Source of the DNA: Spirogloea muscicola | Taxonomy: Eukaryota | Assembly (NCBI GenBank): GCA_009602725.1 | Contig: WELB01000017.1 | Span: 38,703 to 97,003 of the forward strand | Reading direction: 5' to 3' | DNA length: 58,301 bases | Shown here: positions 33,401 through 47,865 of the stretch, one piece after another | Position numbering within the stretch: the stretch's first letter is position 1 | Layout of the letters: each line of letters opens with the position of its first letter | Notes under the pieces: model-generated | The model's input: only the letters and a program-made list of their open reading frames with translations | Told to the model about the DNA's origin: nothing | Database searches by the model: none | Position numbers and translations under genes: made by a program

Positions 33401-36400
33401 CATTGAGTTGCAGTCTTGCTGCAACTTGTGCAGAAGTTGAGCCACCTCAAAGTTAGACATGGCCTCTTCCTGTTTCCACTGGAGGACGTAAAATCTGCAA
33501 CATCCAAAACGTCATCATAAGACGGATGGCAGGCACAAGTTGCAAGGAACCTCTGCATGCAGGGTGGATGACGGTGACAGCTGATATCCATTTACAGGCG
33601 TAAGGCCTACCGTTGGGCACTCTTTCTCATGCTGTCTCTTTGTGAAGCTTCTTGTAAGTGCCTCAACAAGGTGAGCCGCACATTGTAAAACTTGTCCTTG
33701 ACGGCAAAATGGTCATCTTCCTTGACCTCCGTGTCAGAAGGTGCACTCTCAGCATTGGCAGCAAGCACATTCAGGTCAGGAAGCGCCTCTCCAGCAGATA
33801 TGGAGGCCTCCTTGCATACAACCACTGCATCCATTTTCAAGCGAGCTGCTATTGCTCCAAGGAAATCGACAGCCATGCTGCGAATTGCAATATCCTTGGC
33901 TTGCAGGCCCTGCGCTCCAACTAGAAGCATGCAAAGTACCTGTGCACAACAATCATGCAGCCTCAGCCAAGCCAGGTAAGATCGGGCAATATGCCTTACA
34001 ATGGCTGGATTGACTGTGGAATCAAATGTAAGGTGGGGTTCTGCTCATGCAGCATCACAAGTGCCTGAAGCACTGTGGATGGCTTGCTTGAAGCGGAAGA
34101 ATGGTTGTTGGTACCTGCAGAAGCAGTCCTGTTCCAGGATACTCAGGGACATGAAGTGTCGTGAGCAAGTCCCTCACAAGATTCTCCACAATGGCTTTCG
34201 ATTCAAATGCTTCTGGAGCTTTGACTTGACCACATCGCTGTAGAATGGCCTTCCAGAAATATGTTGAGACTTCCAAAGCCGGCTCCAGTAGGTTGTCATC
34301 AGGCGATAGGCTGGTGTCACGGCTAGCTACAACATCAAGGTTGCCGTCACTGGCTGGGTTGCTGCTTGGTGTTCCAACACTGCTGTGAACAAGATGGAGC
34401 AGAAGGGCGCTAACCATTTGAATGGACTTGTTGCTCTCATCTGGCAGAGGGTAGGTGCGCATGTTGCGCTTTGCAAGTGGCAGCCTCCAGATGAGAGCAA
34501 CAAGCTCATCAAGCATTGAACTACGATGTTGAGGATAAAGACCAAAGATCTGCAATGCTCAATGGACCTGCATGAGAGTCACATCTTAGGCCTAGGCCCA
34601 GGACCCGCACTTCCTACACAGATATTTCAAAGTTACAATAGCCAAGACCCAATCGTCAGTGTCATACGTAGGAGCACAATTGAGGAACCAACATACATCA
34701 CGCAGCCTTCAAAGTTGCTCACCGAGCAGGTGAGAGCAATCACTCGCATCTGCATGACTTGGAAGCCCCCAGCTTGCAGGACAGAGAAAGAAAGCTTCAA
34801 CAATTGGAGAATGGTGGTGTCCTGGAGTCGGGCAAAATATAGTACATCATCCACGCCAGCCACAAGAGAAGCGAGCCGGTTGAATAGATCATTAGTTGTT
34901 GCCGATGTCCTGTTGCAACATCAGAAGTTGGACTTAGTCTTATCAACTTATCAACGCACACATCCATTTGACTCTTTCTCTTGCCTCATACACAATAGAG
35001 GTCACTGTGATAAAAAAAGACTTGTGCCTCAGTCGTGCATGACAAGTACTGCATTGCCTTGTCACTAATAAGGTGGTGTTGACATTAAGCATGTGCCTTC
35101 ACTGCATGCCTCCTACCTTACTCTTTTCCGATCATTGCTTTTCCTGGCTTTCCTCTCATTCAGTTGCCCTTCAGAAGGTTCCACATCTGACCACCCATCC
35201 TTTGCTGGGAGAATCAGTTCGAGTTTGTAGATCTTGCAAGTGCTGCGCTAAGATCTAGCTTCACAAGAGCTTTGTCGGCACATGCAATGAAGCTGCTTGC
35301 GATCATACATGAGGTATTTGTCATCTAGCACCATGGTAAAGTGCGTGAAAAAGTGCAGGACATACCTTCTTCCGCGCCTGCTGCGTTCTTCATTGCTTGT
35401 TTCCTGTGTGCATAGTCATGGGGAGTAGATACGCTCTTGACTACTTGATGCTTCAGAAGTCCTACGACTTTGTCAAGAATCTGCACACAGGGCATAGATA
35501 TAGCACCCTGATTGGGAGATCTGACGCAACTGTAGCATGATTACTTGCTCCCCACTTCAGTTTATAACGGTCACAATGAAAGGTGAAAGGCATAAGCATA
35601 TCTCACATCCTGAGAGGCACTTGTTGAGTAGGAAATTTGACAATGCAAGGCAGTACCTCTTCATTATATGCTTGCTTGGGCATGTCTGGTGTACTCATTA
35701 CTGAGGTACACAAGTGAGCAGCTTCAATGGCAGTTGTTGCCATAAGTAACTGCTTGGAATGAAGCTGCAGTCCGCAAATGGCAAATGGAGCCTTCAGTGC
35801 CTTTGCAGCATTCACCTCCTTCAAGCATGAGTGTGGCTGTCTTGGTGACTGCCACATGGTGGCAATGCTCTTGCCTTGCCATACTTTTACAAGGCAGCAG
35901 TACAAATGAAAGATGCGTCATCACCAAGTTTCACTCACAGTGATATCTGTTATCTCCTGGCTCAGACCTGGCTCGATCAGAGAGCAAAGCCAGCTGGAAA
36001 GTTTAGTCAAAGTCTGTGTTGGCACAAGTGCCAAGCATTCCATCTTCCGCAAGTTCCTTATTTCCATGTGCAGACTTGAAAGCAAAGCCAATGGAGCTGC
36101 AGAGCCCTGTTGCCAGTTTACTCTCTTGGTCAGTTCCATGGCATCCTCTAACTTCTCTGTGAACCTGGCCACAAGTCCATCTGTGCGACCACAGAGAAAA
36201 AGACAGGCCACATGCTGAGGCCAATCTCAGAGGGTGCACAAAGAGCTAACAAACTTTCCCTTTCAACTATGTAGTAAAAGTGACAGGGAAAGCATAAGCA
36301 GTTGGCATATGCCAAAGTGATAAATCTTCCACCTCGAGGAGTATTCTGGCTGTCGATTGCATCGACATCAGATAGTGGCTCTGGCCTTGCTGTTATGCTG

Positions 36401-37484
36401 GTGGCCTTGCGCTTCCTAGTTGGAGCAGATTCTGCCGGTCTTGCCATTGAGCCATGCGAACGTGGCTGCAAAGACGAGAGCGCTTGCTGATACTTTAAAG
36501 TGGCTGTGGAAGCCAGCCAAGCGGATACAAACTTAGTCATCTGGTGATACTGCACTTGCGAAGAAGCCTCAGAACTCAGGCCAGGACGGGTCGCGCAGTA
36601 ACCTCCTTGTAAAGGACTCAGAAATTGATATTACAACGAGGTACTCTGAGCACAGCAGCCAACCAGCCAAAAAAGAATTTCAAGGATACACGTGACAGGA
36701 ACGGAGCTCACTACGGGACCAGGCACAAATCGTGGTAGCTGAGGACTTCTCTCGACTCCTGCATTGGCATGAAGAGGAGCAGGCACGTGCTCCACTACTT
36801 GCTTGATTGATTGAGGCCCTGCTTGTTTGTTCTGCACCTTCGGTTTTGCAGGTCCTGCAGGTTACGATGCAGACAGCTGATCATCAGGATCTATGCTGCT
36901 ACTCTATTACCCTGACAATTGGCGCCAGCTACATGCAAGTACTGCAAGGACAACAAAAATATCCCATTGCTGCTTCAAGGTACTCCCTCACAATATTGAG
37001 CACGCAAGCGCACCAGTTGTTCGATCGAATATTCCAGGATCTTGTTCAAGGATAGCAGCTATCAAGCTGCCAGGTGCGATCTCAAGATCTCCCTGGACTC
37101 GGGCGTCTCCAGGTAGGGACCTTGTCAAGCAGTCAGCGGCTGCGCGTTGAGCCTACTGCCTACTGCAGAATGCGCTCCGCAAATTGGACAGACACAAGCT
37201 GGCTGTCCAAGGTTGCATTTGGTAGGGCACCACTGCCAAAATGCTTACAAGTAACTGATGTCCGTCGCTTGTAGTAACCGAAGGAGGCCAGGAGCCTGCG
37301 ACACAAGCTCTGGCTCCCGTAGGTCCCTTTTGATATCAGGGGCCCCATACTTGTCAGCTGGACTTGCAGCTTCTGAGGAGCCGCAGCATACTGCAAGACA
37401 CGGAAGTGCAAGGGAGCCTGCCAGGTCGTTGTGGACAAGGTTCGTGATCGCGTTCCTTGGCAGCTCCTCGGACTCTGGGGCCAT
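27422..37484 (-). CDS. SCC2: Cohesin loader subunit SCC2/Nipped-B-like, multi-exon
   Basis: [119 protein letters not shown]. Confidence 0.95.
30760..30795 (+). repeat. Interstitial TTTAGGG telomeric repeats in an SCC2 intron
   Basis: tttagggtttagggatttaggatttgtgatttaggg. Confidence 0.7.
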
Positions 37485-38142
37485 CGCCTCCGCATTGGCC
37501 CTCGTCCACCAATGAGGGTTGCTCTGCCCCTGCTGACATCCAAGCTCCTTCACAGAGCAGCCTGCAGCTTTTGCGACCTCTGCAGGCGGCAGAGGACGCA
37601 GGAAACAAGACAATGACTCCCCGCCGGCGACTGGCGAGCTGCCTGGGATGCGCCCTTGGCGGCGGCGGCAGCGGCGGCGGGACGCCTGGCGCTGTGGAAG
37701 TGCCTGGGAGGACGTTCACTAACGACTGCCAAGTATCTGACATTCGTGCATATCGAATGCTCGACATAGAAAAGTCGGCTATATCTATTGCACTATATAA
37801 ACCTTGCACCTGCCGTTATTAGACGAACGAACTGTGATATGACGCAGAAGACAGATTCTTGTGCTGCAAGCGGGGGCCCAGGTTGGCCCTACCCCGCCCT
37901 GGGCTCAAAGCCAAACTCGGGGTTCCAGGGTGCCTTGCAGCCCCCACTGCCCCGTCGTCACGCGCGCGCCGCCCTGAGCCCCGTCCGTGCGGCGGCGGCG
38001 GCGGCAGCAGCCCGCGGCAGAAGCGCTGCGGCGCAATGCAGAAGCGCTGCGGCGCAATTCGGAAGCGCGGATAGGTTGGACCTCGTCTGCTGCTCCGCCG
38101 GGGTGGCTTGGCTTGGCCAAGCGTGGCTTGCCTGCACAGGCC

Positions 38143-41100
38143 ATGGAGACCTCTTTTGTCTCGTCGCTCGCCGACGCAGATAGGCCGCTAGGCGTCGTCC
38201 GTATCACCGCCTTCCAGCATCAGGCCGCGCTGAAGCACGCCTTCCGGCAGCAGCTGCGTATCTCCTCCTATACTGCCCCCAGCGAGCGGCTGCAGCCCTT
38301 ACTCGCCCTGCACACGACTGCCGACTCGGGCCTGTGCTTCAAGATGACCAGCACGGCCTCCAGGCCTGAGCTGTGGCGAGAACTTAGTCTCGTGCACGGC
38401 GTTTGTAAGGCTGAATCAAAGGTACTCAATCTTCCTTAGCACCAAGTTATGCCAAACTGAATACACGATGGAGGTAACGCCAGGCCAGCGCTCAGACGAT
38501 GCGCCGCTCGACGAGCAGCGTGGTCAGTCCGAGCGGCCATCTTTGCTCGGACAGTAATGAGCGCGCAGCAGGAAGACATGCCAGAGGCCTGCGTACCAGC
38601 AGATGCCGTCTGTCTTCTGCTGCCAGTAGAGGTTCTGGCCAACGTCAACCTGCCGCAGAAAGCGCTTTGCGTGTCCATAAAAGTTGGTGTGAGGTTGTCA
38701 TGCAACTCTTCTCGTCAAACTTGGTGTTGCTTGCTCCTGCTCGGCTGGTGGCCAGTTGTTGGCCTGCGAAGCGGCCCTCTGCGGCCCTCTTCATAAAAGA
38801 TCCTCATCAGGGTAGAGGATCTTCTAGAAGGCTTTGCGCTGCTTGTTGCTGGCTGTGGCTAAGACTCAGGGCCTGGTTGAGCATTTTGCTTAGTGACACA
38901 GCAGCATGAGTCTGCTAGTAAGGACCTACTTAAATGGTCTAGTAGGTCAATGCCGATCTGCCAAAGAACGCACAATCATGTGCCTAACTTCATATAATGA
39001 ATGTACCTGATTGCAGACAGCTGTGGCAAGCTTGGACAAGGAGAGAGAGGTCCATCTTGTGGCTGTGCCACCTAGCAATCCTGACGATCAGCGCCCCCAC
39101 TTTTGGGGATACATCTTCAAAGTGGGGCTGTATGCGACCACTTTGTGGCTTTTCAACACTCGTACTTTAGGCCTGGTACTCGACCTTGACGAGACGCTCC
39201 TTGTGGCAAACGCAGCAAAAGGTTTTGATGACAAGATCGAGAATGTTAAGAGGAAGATTAGGGCTGAGTCTGATCAGGCTAAGCGAGCAGCGCTGGAGGG
39301 TGAGTTGCTTCGCCTTCAAGGTGATCGTGCACTCTTGAAGCAGTACAGTGAGGATGACCAGATTGAAGACAACGGCCACATCATGAAGGCAGACTTGGAG
39401 GTCGTTCAGCCTGTGAATGATGGAGCACTACCAATTCTCAGGCCCATTATTCGGCTGCCTGAGAAGCAGCTGGTGCTCACGCGCATTGATCCTGCTGTAA
39501 GCACTCAGCTGGGCCGTTTCCATCGTTCTGCCATGAGGTCTTTCTCTTCGTTCATTTTGTTTCCCAAGGACTCATTGTAGCTGCACTTCAAATTTCATTC
39601 ATGCCACAAGTGAGCAACACTTGAGCTTCCAGTACGTAGTTTTGATCTGTCATGTCTACTTACAGCACCCTTGTGGCACTATTCATGTCCTTCACAGAAC
39701 CGGGACACCAGTGTCCTGGTCAAACTGCGACCAGCCTGGGAAGAGCTCAGGAGCTATATACTTCACAAGGATCGCAAACGTTTCGAACCATTTGTGTGCA
39801 CCATGGCAGAGAGAGAGTATGCACTGGAAATGTGGCGGTTGCTTGATCCTGATGCCAAGCTCATTCCCCTCAAGGAGCAAAATGATCGTGTAGTGACTGT
39901 CAGGGCTGGTAAGGCCATAGCCGCCTCGTCTCAAGAAGTTGCATCAATGCAATGTGAAGAGGCAAACAGCCATTTGGATGTTGCAATAGGTACATTGCCT
40001 GCTTACAGCAAGCAAGGAGTCACAGAAGTGGAGCAGCATAATAGTTGCGAAGACATGTAGGCTGACAAGTGCACCCTCTTAGTGAAGGTGCACTCGCAGT
40101 TGTTTGCATGCCAGCTGCTGCACGTTGACACCATCTTCCTTGGATGTCCCTGTGCTCAGGAAAGAAGAAGGCGCTGGAGCACGTCTTTGTAAGAGGGCGA
40201 TGTTTGCCGAAGCTAGCATTGACGGTTGATGATCGGTTGGACGTGTGGGAAGAGGCTGATCAAAGCCGAGTGCATGTGTTACCAGCTTTCCTTCCGTACT
40301 CGCAGCCACAAAACGAGGTAGAATCTCACACCCAGAGGTGTTGCAGACATCTGACTTGTTGGAATAAGCATCTGTGCCTGGCTGCCGAAGGAGATGACAC
40401 TTTGAGCTTTTACCCCTCCTCCTTATTCATCTTCATGCTTCTCATTTCTGTATGTTGGTTGGTTTCAGACTCATCTGCAGGTCCCAGTTCTTGCTATTGT
40501 CAGGAATGTGGCATGCAATGTGAGGGCAAGTTTCTTCAGGTGAGAGCTATTTTTGTGATTGTGGATCTCATCTCACTGGTGGTTTGCTGCGAAGCATATG
40601 AAGTGTGGAAACATCACAAAGAGGTGTTGCAAATTTGCAGGGAGGTGGACGACACCCTGTCTCCGATGTTCGCAGATGTGACATTTCATACTGATGCAGA
40701 GAAGTTGCCGTCAGAAATTGACGTGGGAGCCTGGCTCAAGTCTGCGAGTGATGTAAGCGCAACATACTCAGAATGTTGACTCACATTTGTCATTCTGCTG
40801 CCACTTCTTGTTGCAGCAGATGTCACACAACGTCACAGTGGCAGGATATTGTTAGTCTGAATGTGTAATTCTTGTTTTGCATCTTGCAGATGCCGTACAA
40901 TAGCAAAGCAAGTGGACAGGATACTGACGAGGTGAGCTGATTGATTATAATCATCATCTAGCATATGATGCTGCAGATTGCACATTTTCCAACTCCTTGC
41001 CTTTTATACACTCCTTGGAAATGAGCTGCCTTTAAGGTAGCAATGCTGACTTGGGGAGGAGGTATGCCTTTAGGTAGCAATGCTGACTTGGGGAGGAGGT

Positions 41101-44100
41101 ATGAGCTCCTCACAGATTTTGTGAATCTTGATGTCCAGTTTGCAAAAGCAGCAAGAATTGACCCACGGACAGCAAGGGGGGTAAACAGGGACACAGCAGA
41201 TGGCATCACGTCCGGACGAGAAAGAGGCATACAGCCATTGAGTATGATACACTCAAACTCTTACTCACGGGCTCTTTCTCCAGGGGACCGCAGTGTCTTG
41301 CCAACACAAGATGCAATTCCTTCGTCAGTCTCGCAACAGCGCGTGGCTGCGGCAATGTCAAGGGCCTTGGAGTTACTACAGGCCACCAAGGATAGAGGCG
41401 ATTCTTTGACTTCACACACAGAGGTCGCAGCTGCCTTGGCTGAGGCTGTTGATGCACTTAGAGCCAATGGGAATCTTGAAGCAGCACAAGCGCTGGAGGT
41501 AGGCGTGGCTGAAGGCCTACAGGGATCGCAGGGACAGCTCCTCAGCTCGGTTGGTCAGGCTGTCACGTCCATGGCTCACAGGCAAGAACAGAATGCTCCT
41601 CCAGTTTCTCATATATCAAGGGATGGAGGAATTCCACATCAACGTCAAGGTGCTCAGGGAGAGGGAGACACACAAGTCAATGACATCCCTGACACAAGTC
41701 TCGGTCAAGATCCCGTGCGTTCGCTTTCGCCAGAGGACTTAAATCGAAAGAGGCTCTTGATCCTCCAACATGGCTTGTCAGCAGAAGAGCGGGCAAGCGA
41801 TGCTGCTACCTCCTTTGTAGATGCCCATTTTCATGCTCGAGAAGTGTCACCAACTGACCTCCAAGCAGGCCAAGCGGCTGCCTCAACACACGGTCTCCTC
41901 AAAGTTGGGCGCACGTCGGATACGGCAACAACATTAGTCCCTCCCAATATCCTCTTTCCTGTGAGGCCAACTCCAGGTCATTGGCAGCGAAGGATTGAAG
42001 AGATCCCTTTGCAGCATGCGGCTCCTACACCTCCAGGCAGCGCATCGCCTCGCAAGGCTTCAGTCGACCTGAACAAAGTACAAGCACTTACTTGCGGCTC
42101 TCTGAGTCACCTACTCAAGTTTGGGTACTTGGCAGTGTGCCGAGATGCAATGCACTGCCTTGCTCTGCACTGGCCTGTTATTGTCAATCACCTTGCCATT
42201 GCATGTGACGAGTCAGATATGGTGCATGCTAGTGTCACTAAAGAAGATGGTGCTTGAGCCCTCTGTGCTTGCAGGAAGAACAGAATACCACAAGGAGGAA
42301 AGAGAGAACACTGGAATCAGAAGATTATGCTCTGGCTACTGACAGTAAGTCTGTCACTGGAATGACTTTGAGATGCCTTCTTCAGTACTGGAGCATACAC
42401 TTATAGTAATCAATCATCTGCCTTTAGCTATGGCAATATATCATGCCTTCCATCTGTTATACAAACTGCGCCCAAAGTGGCATATCTATTGCTCTTGCAT
42501 GCAGCTAAAAGGCTGTGCACTAGGTATGCAAACAATAAGCACCAAGCATGCCCTGAATTATGCTTACTAGGTGTCCAGTTGATCCATGGTGTTAAAGTGG
42601 CACCTGTAAGATTGACCTTGAAAGCGGTAAGATTGACCTTGAAAGCGCCGGTCGTTATCTGCAAATGCACTGCAACGCGATCTTGCCTGCTCCCAAGCAG
42701 GCGCACAGACCATTCTTGAAAAATTGGCGACTGCACTTCGTGAATTCAAAGCAACCAACAGCAAGGCTGCATCTCAAGGATCCGTCAACCTTCTCAACTC
42801 CATCGCCCAGAGAATACAGGCAAAGGTGAGCACATGGATATTCTTGAAGCCTTCCATCCTTGTCTCTCCCTATATTTCGTCACAACTGGTCATTATGGGT
42901 CACGTTTGGGCAGCTTCTCTTTTAGCTATCATTTCTGGTGCTCATAGTGTCCTGAATTTGATATTTAAGCGATAGGAGTGCTGTAAGACACTTGAGAGCA
43001 TACAGTAAGAGGATTCATGCACATAGGGAAAATCGCAAGGCAGCTCAGGTGTTGTTCTGATGAAACCGCATGTGGACAAGGTTGCTCTCTTGTGCTAATA
43101 TTGCTTTGGTTGATGGACAACTCTTCCAATGTTGTGGGCAGTTGGACTACAGACTGCTTCCAAAGCAACCAGCAAAACCTGGGTTTCGTATGGAGGTAAG
43201 AGGCTAGCTACAACATGTTGTGGGCAGTCATATGATAGCAGAAGAATATGGCAAGGGTCAATGGTATCTGCACATTAAGGAATGCTCCAGCTTTGTCAAA
43301 CAGAGGTAGTAAGCAGAGCTCTGCGTCAACATGGAGTGAGAAATCAATACAAAGGATGCACACACCTCCTGGTCTCGGCCTTGCAATCTGCTCGCAGGAT
43401 GGCAGGCAGGGATTTGTGGTTTTGCACAGAGAGTAGTTGCATCGGTTGATAAGGGATTTTGTAAATTAGCTCTGAGGTCTATGTCATGGACAAGGGGAAG
43501 GGATGTGGAGGTTGGTGGCTCCTTTTTGGAGGTCAATGTTAAGTTTCCTATCATCATAGGAGACAGTTCGAGCGAGCTGCTCATTGTGGAAAATAATGCC
43601 AAGGCTGGCACGCTTTATTTGCAGCTACCAAGTATTGGGTGAGGTCACAAGGCTGCTCCTTGAGGCCTTCCATTGTGGTCAGGGCGTTGAGTGTTCACAT
43701 TGCAGTTGCATGTCATTGCAGGTTGATGCGTATGGGCAGGTGCTTGGAAAGGGGTTTGGCAGGTCCAGGAAGGAAGCCAAGCACCACGCTGCCGAGCAAG
43801 TCCTTCAAGCAGTTGCCAGGAGTATAAGTGGGCCCTCTCAGCCCAAGTTGGAGGCAATGGGGCCTTATGAGTTCTTGCCTACTGGCAGGGCCGCAGAGCC
43901 ACTCTTAGCAGGTCCCAGCGAGCCAGAGAGTGCCTTCAGTGCAGGTGCTGTCCCCAGGAGGTTGCAGGAAGGTCATGGTCACCAGAACGGCGCACTCGCA
44001 TTGGGTGGCATGCGTGAGCTCGACTTAGGGCTGCATCTTGGAGCAGCGCAGGTCAACAACGGCGAGATTAGGATGAGGCCAGCAGGTTTTATTGGTCAGC

Positions 44101-45258
44101 CTCCTGCTGAAGGAGCTGCACCCATGCTTAGTCTAGGTCTAGGCTTTGGGCCATCTCAAAGGCCACCACTTGGAAGTGCACCACTAATGCATGCCAACGG
44201 AGCATCAAGGGTCACTGCTGTTCCCAGACCGCAGACCCAAGAGAGGCCTCCTGATGGTTTTCCCAGCAATGCTTGGTTGAGACCTCCTTGGCCCATTGGT
44301 GAAAATGATCATGGACCTCCTAAGTTTGCTGGGCCAGGGAAGCAAGCTGTCAGATCTCCTCTAGTTGAGGAGCTTGAGAAACAGGTAAAGTCCCTCCAGT
44401 GTTGCATTGTTGTGATGTGCGCTGATTGCTTGAATCGAAAAGATTGCAAGGTCTTGAGCTGCATGTGAACCCCTTAGCGGTAGCACCTCTTTGACCTCAA
44501 ATTTATAGTGCTTTGCTGCTTGGAGTTGTTGTACTGTCTGCACTGTGCAGTGCTCTTTGTATGCATGCTTTTATCTGGTCAATTGCTCACACGCTCAAGT
44601 TTTGAGCAGTACGATGATCATCTACCTCAGCACCCTAGTAATTGTCTAATCTCATGAATGTGCTTGCTTTGTACTTGCAGTTTGCTAGTAAAGGTATCGA
44701 GCTGCTCTACAGGGAGATTCCTCCTCCGCCTCACCTCCAGAACCACATAGTTATCCAGATCGAAGCTGCTGGGACGCCTTTGTCCTTTGGTAGCGGCCCA
44801 TCTAGAGAAGCCGCCATGCACACGGTAATTGTGATGAACAACTCCATGTATTTTGTGTGGAAAGCTCATCGTTTAGTTCCACTGCATGTCCACCGCATGA
44901 TGAAGCCTGCTACAAAGATTCCAACAGGAATTGCTCTTGGCTCTTGTTTACCTGCTACCAGGGTGACAAAGGGGCATACTTGCAGCTACGCTAACAGAGC
45001 CTGCGTCATGTCTGCGATGCTGAGCACAAGACCACAGCCTTTGGGACAGTGCGCACTGGTTGCTTAGAGTACTGCCTGAAGCATGTTGCGGCAGGAGCTG
45101 GTTACTCTTCAGGAGGTGCAAGCTTTGCGAAGAAGAAGTTGAGAGAGGTCTTTAGGACTCCACCTCACGATTGACGTCTCAACTTCCATTGTGGTTGTGC
45201 TATCCAGGCTGCGGAGCATGCATTACGTGCAAAAGCATCATTCCTCTTGCCTGGGTGA
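38143..45258 (+). CDS. CPL1: RNA polymerase II CTD phosphatase-like protein (CPL1/CPL2 type: FCP1-like phosphatase plus dsRNA-binding motifs)
   Basis: [15 protein letters not shown] (DxDxT), [48 protein letters not shown], ds[24 protein letters not shown], and a second dsRBM-like segment [20 protein letters not shown]. Confidence 0.92.
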
Positions 45259-46211
45259 GGGTGCTTAGCCGGAGCCGTACGTGTACGTGTTTGGTGCAGT
45301 GCACTAGGTTGCCTTGTGAATTGAAATCGGCCAAGTGGAGCAGTTCATGAGGGTCCTCAGGTCGTCAGCTTTTCTCTGAGAAACAAGGATGGCCAACAAA
45401 CATCTGGCAGAATGCACCAGAGTCACAGAATAATGAGGACGAGCAAAGTCTAGATATTTAGAGAAAAGACTATCAGCAGACTCTCACAGCAGTCATTGGT
45501 GGGTCCAGATCTCCTGGTCAGCACTCAAACAAGAGATTGAAGCACCTGGAGCACCTCAGCGCAAAGTGGTGATACACCTGTAAGTAGGACTTGTAGGCAG
45601 TCCTATTACCTGTGGCTATGCTGGCAGTTAAGAAGAGATGCACGTGCTACAAGTTGTCCCCACAGCTAAATCCTTCGAAGTAGTTGTTATTGATGGACGA
45701 AGCAAGTTAAGCTAAGGTGATGTATGCAGGTGTCCGTGGTGTGCCATCTGTGTGCCATATTGAGCAGACGGCACTGGCCTGCCTTCTAGTCGCGGAGTTG
45801 GCTTCTAGTGGACAACATGCACGCCATTACATCTCTTCCAAGTGGAACCCTTGTCCACTCCAGCTTGGCATTGTCTTCTATGCACATTCTTTTATGAAGA
45901 GGCCATCATTGGCAATATTGCCGTCATAATGGCGAGCATAGCACTGCAATCACCTCCTAGGGGCTGTCTGGGTCTCAATACGAATGAAAGCGAGTGATTA
46001 TTGTCAGGTGTTTGCAGTGTGACGCGCGAAGTAATTTCTGCAAGTTTTTGTGCGTATTTGCACTCAACAGTATTCCATGCAGTATGGCCATCAGTCATGC
46101 ATCTCAGTAAGTACTTGTTTGTATGTGAGAGTGAGAGTGTGAGAGTGATTTGGTTCAGATGACATTAAATATAGACTGTTCGGTGGTATGATGGCCCTGT
46201 TAGTACAGGGT

Positions 46212-47865
46212 CTAAATAGACACCGAGAATATATCTGCCCCTCTTGTGGAGAAGCTGTTATGGGGGAATAGGGTAGCTCGCGGCTGGCTGACCCATGCGC
46301 AGTCGGCAGCAGCAAAACGCCAGCAGGCTGCCACATCATGCGACTGCGCATACGAGATGCCAACGCGGGGGCCGGAAAGTATCCCGGTAGGAGGTGGAGG
46401 TCCATCACAAAGCTCAAGCCCACCTGGATATGATCACCATAACCTTGAGTCTTCATCATATTGGGAGCTTGTCACAGAGAAAGGATAAGTCTTATCAAGG
46501 ATGCATTTATGAATAAACGAGTGCGGGTTATCCGCGGGTCTGCTTTCCAGTCTCAGGATGTGATGATGCCACAGCAACGCATCATACCAGATGTGTAAAG
46601 TGGGTGATTGGACCAATCCGAGCTCAGGCCGAGGGCTGCTCCGACCTGGCGTCAGTGGTTGCAGCAGAGTACGGTGTGGACTTTTAAGTCAACATCCAGC
46701 ATTCTGCGATGCAAAATAACACAGAATATAACGTACCAATGAAGCTTGGCCGGCATGTTCACCTTGCCAGGGCCTGTTAAGAGAACAGGCTTGTCCGTGT
46801 GCAGACCCCGGCGCTGCTTGATGGCCTCCAGACCTGACAATTGTTGGCTTGTATAGGTCATCATGAAGGTGATAGTAGAAAATCTTGTCTCACGAGCATG
46901 ACCAGTCAATATGCCGAGGTTATTGTCAGCCAAAGCTGATGTGTATTTTCTGGGCACCTCAAAAACATCAAGATGGGGTATAAGTGGCGGAGGTAAGTGT
47001 GGGCCAAGGAGTACCTAGGACAGGCTCGCACGCTCGTATGAGGACCGCGGCACCTGTGCCGGGCGCGTCACAGACGACGTTCAGCATCTGGTGGAGGCCA
47101 TAGCAGAGGTAGACGTATGCACGGCCAGCCTCGCCAAACTGGAATGGTGCACAGCAGCAGCAGCTGGCCTGCCCGTAAGTGCGTTGATTGGCCTCCAGCT
47201 GCTTGGCTCACATGCGCTTGGCCATGCCAGTCAGTCATGTGAAACTGCAGCCAGAAGATAAATACCAGGGGTGCAGTCCTCTTGGTCAAGCCAAAGCGTG
47301 CATGGCAAGCCGTGTCGTTTGGCCGGTACGCCTCCACCTGCAGGGAGCGCTTCACGCAGTATAGTACCAGATGGTAATGATGACGCTGTAACTTCACACC
47401 TCAGTAACAAAATGCTTAATCAAGCTGCGGCATTGAGACCAGCATTCTGACTTGACCAACAGATGCATATACACAGGCGGCTTGCGACAGTCTGATTGCA
47501 ATGCACGAGCTCCCTTGTACCTCAGTGATGCGGAGGACAACAGACCCTCTTCGAAGGAGCTTGCCAAGCAGGCAGGGCGCGAGGTCGACAGCATCACGGC
47601 AGTAGAAGTCTTGGCGCAGAATCGCAAGGTCCCCTTGCGTTGGCGGAGACGGGCATCTGTCGGGCTTCGCTTGAGAGTCAGCATCCGGCCTGCTGGTGTC
47701 AATACCGACAGGTGCTGCCACCAACGTGCTCCGCTGCTTCCTGCGCAACTTGGTGGAGCCGCGGATGGCTGCCGTTGCCGCTGCTGCTGCCGCCACAGGC
47801 CTCTTTCGGCGACTTTTCAAGCCACTGCTGCTCACGAGCGCCTCCGCAGATGCTGCCGCTGCCAT
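46212..47865 (-). CDS. MPG: DNA-3-methyladenine glycosylase (MPG/AAG family)
   Basis: [75 protein letters not shown]. The start is uncertain because the frame stays open to 48186. Confidence 0.92.
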
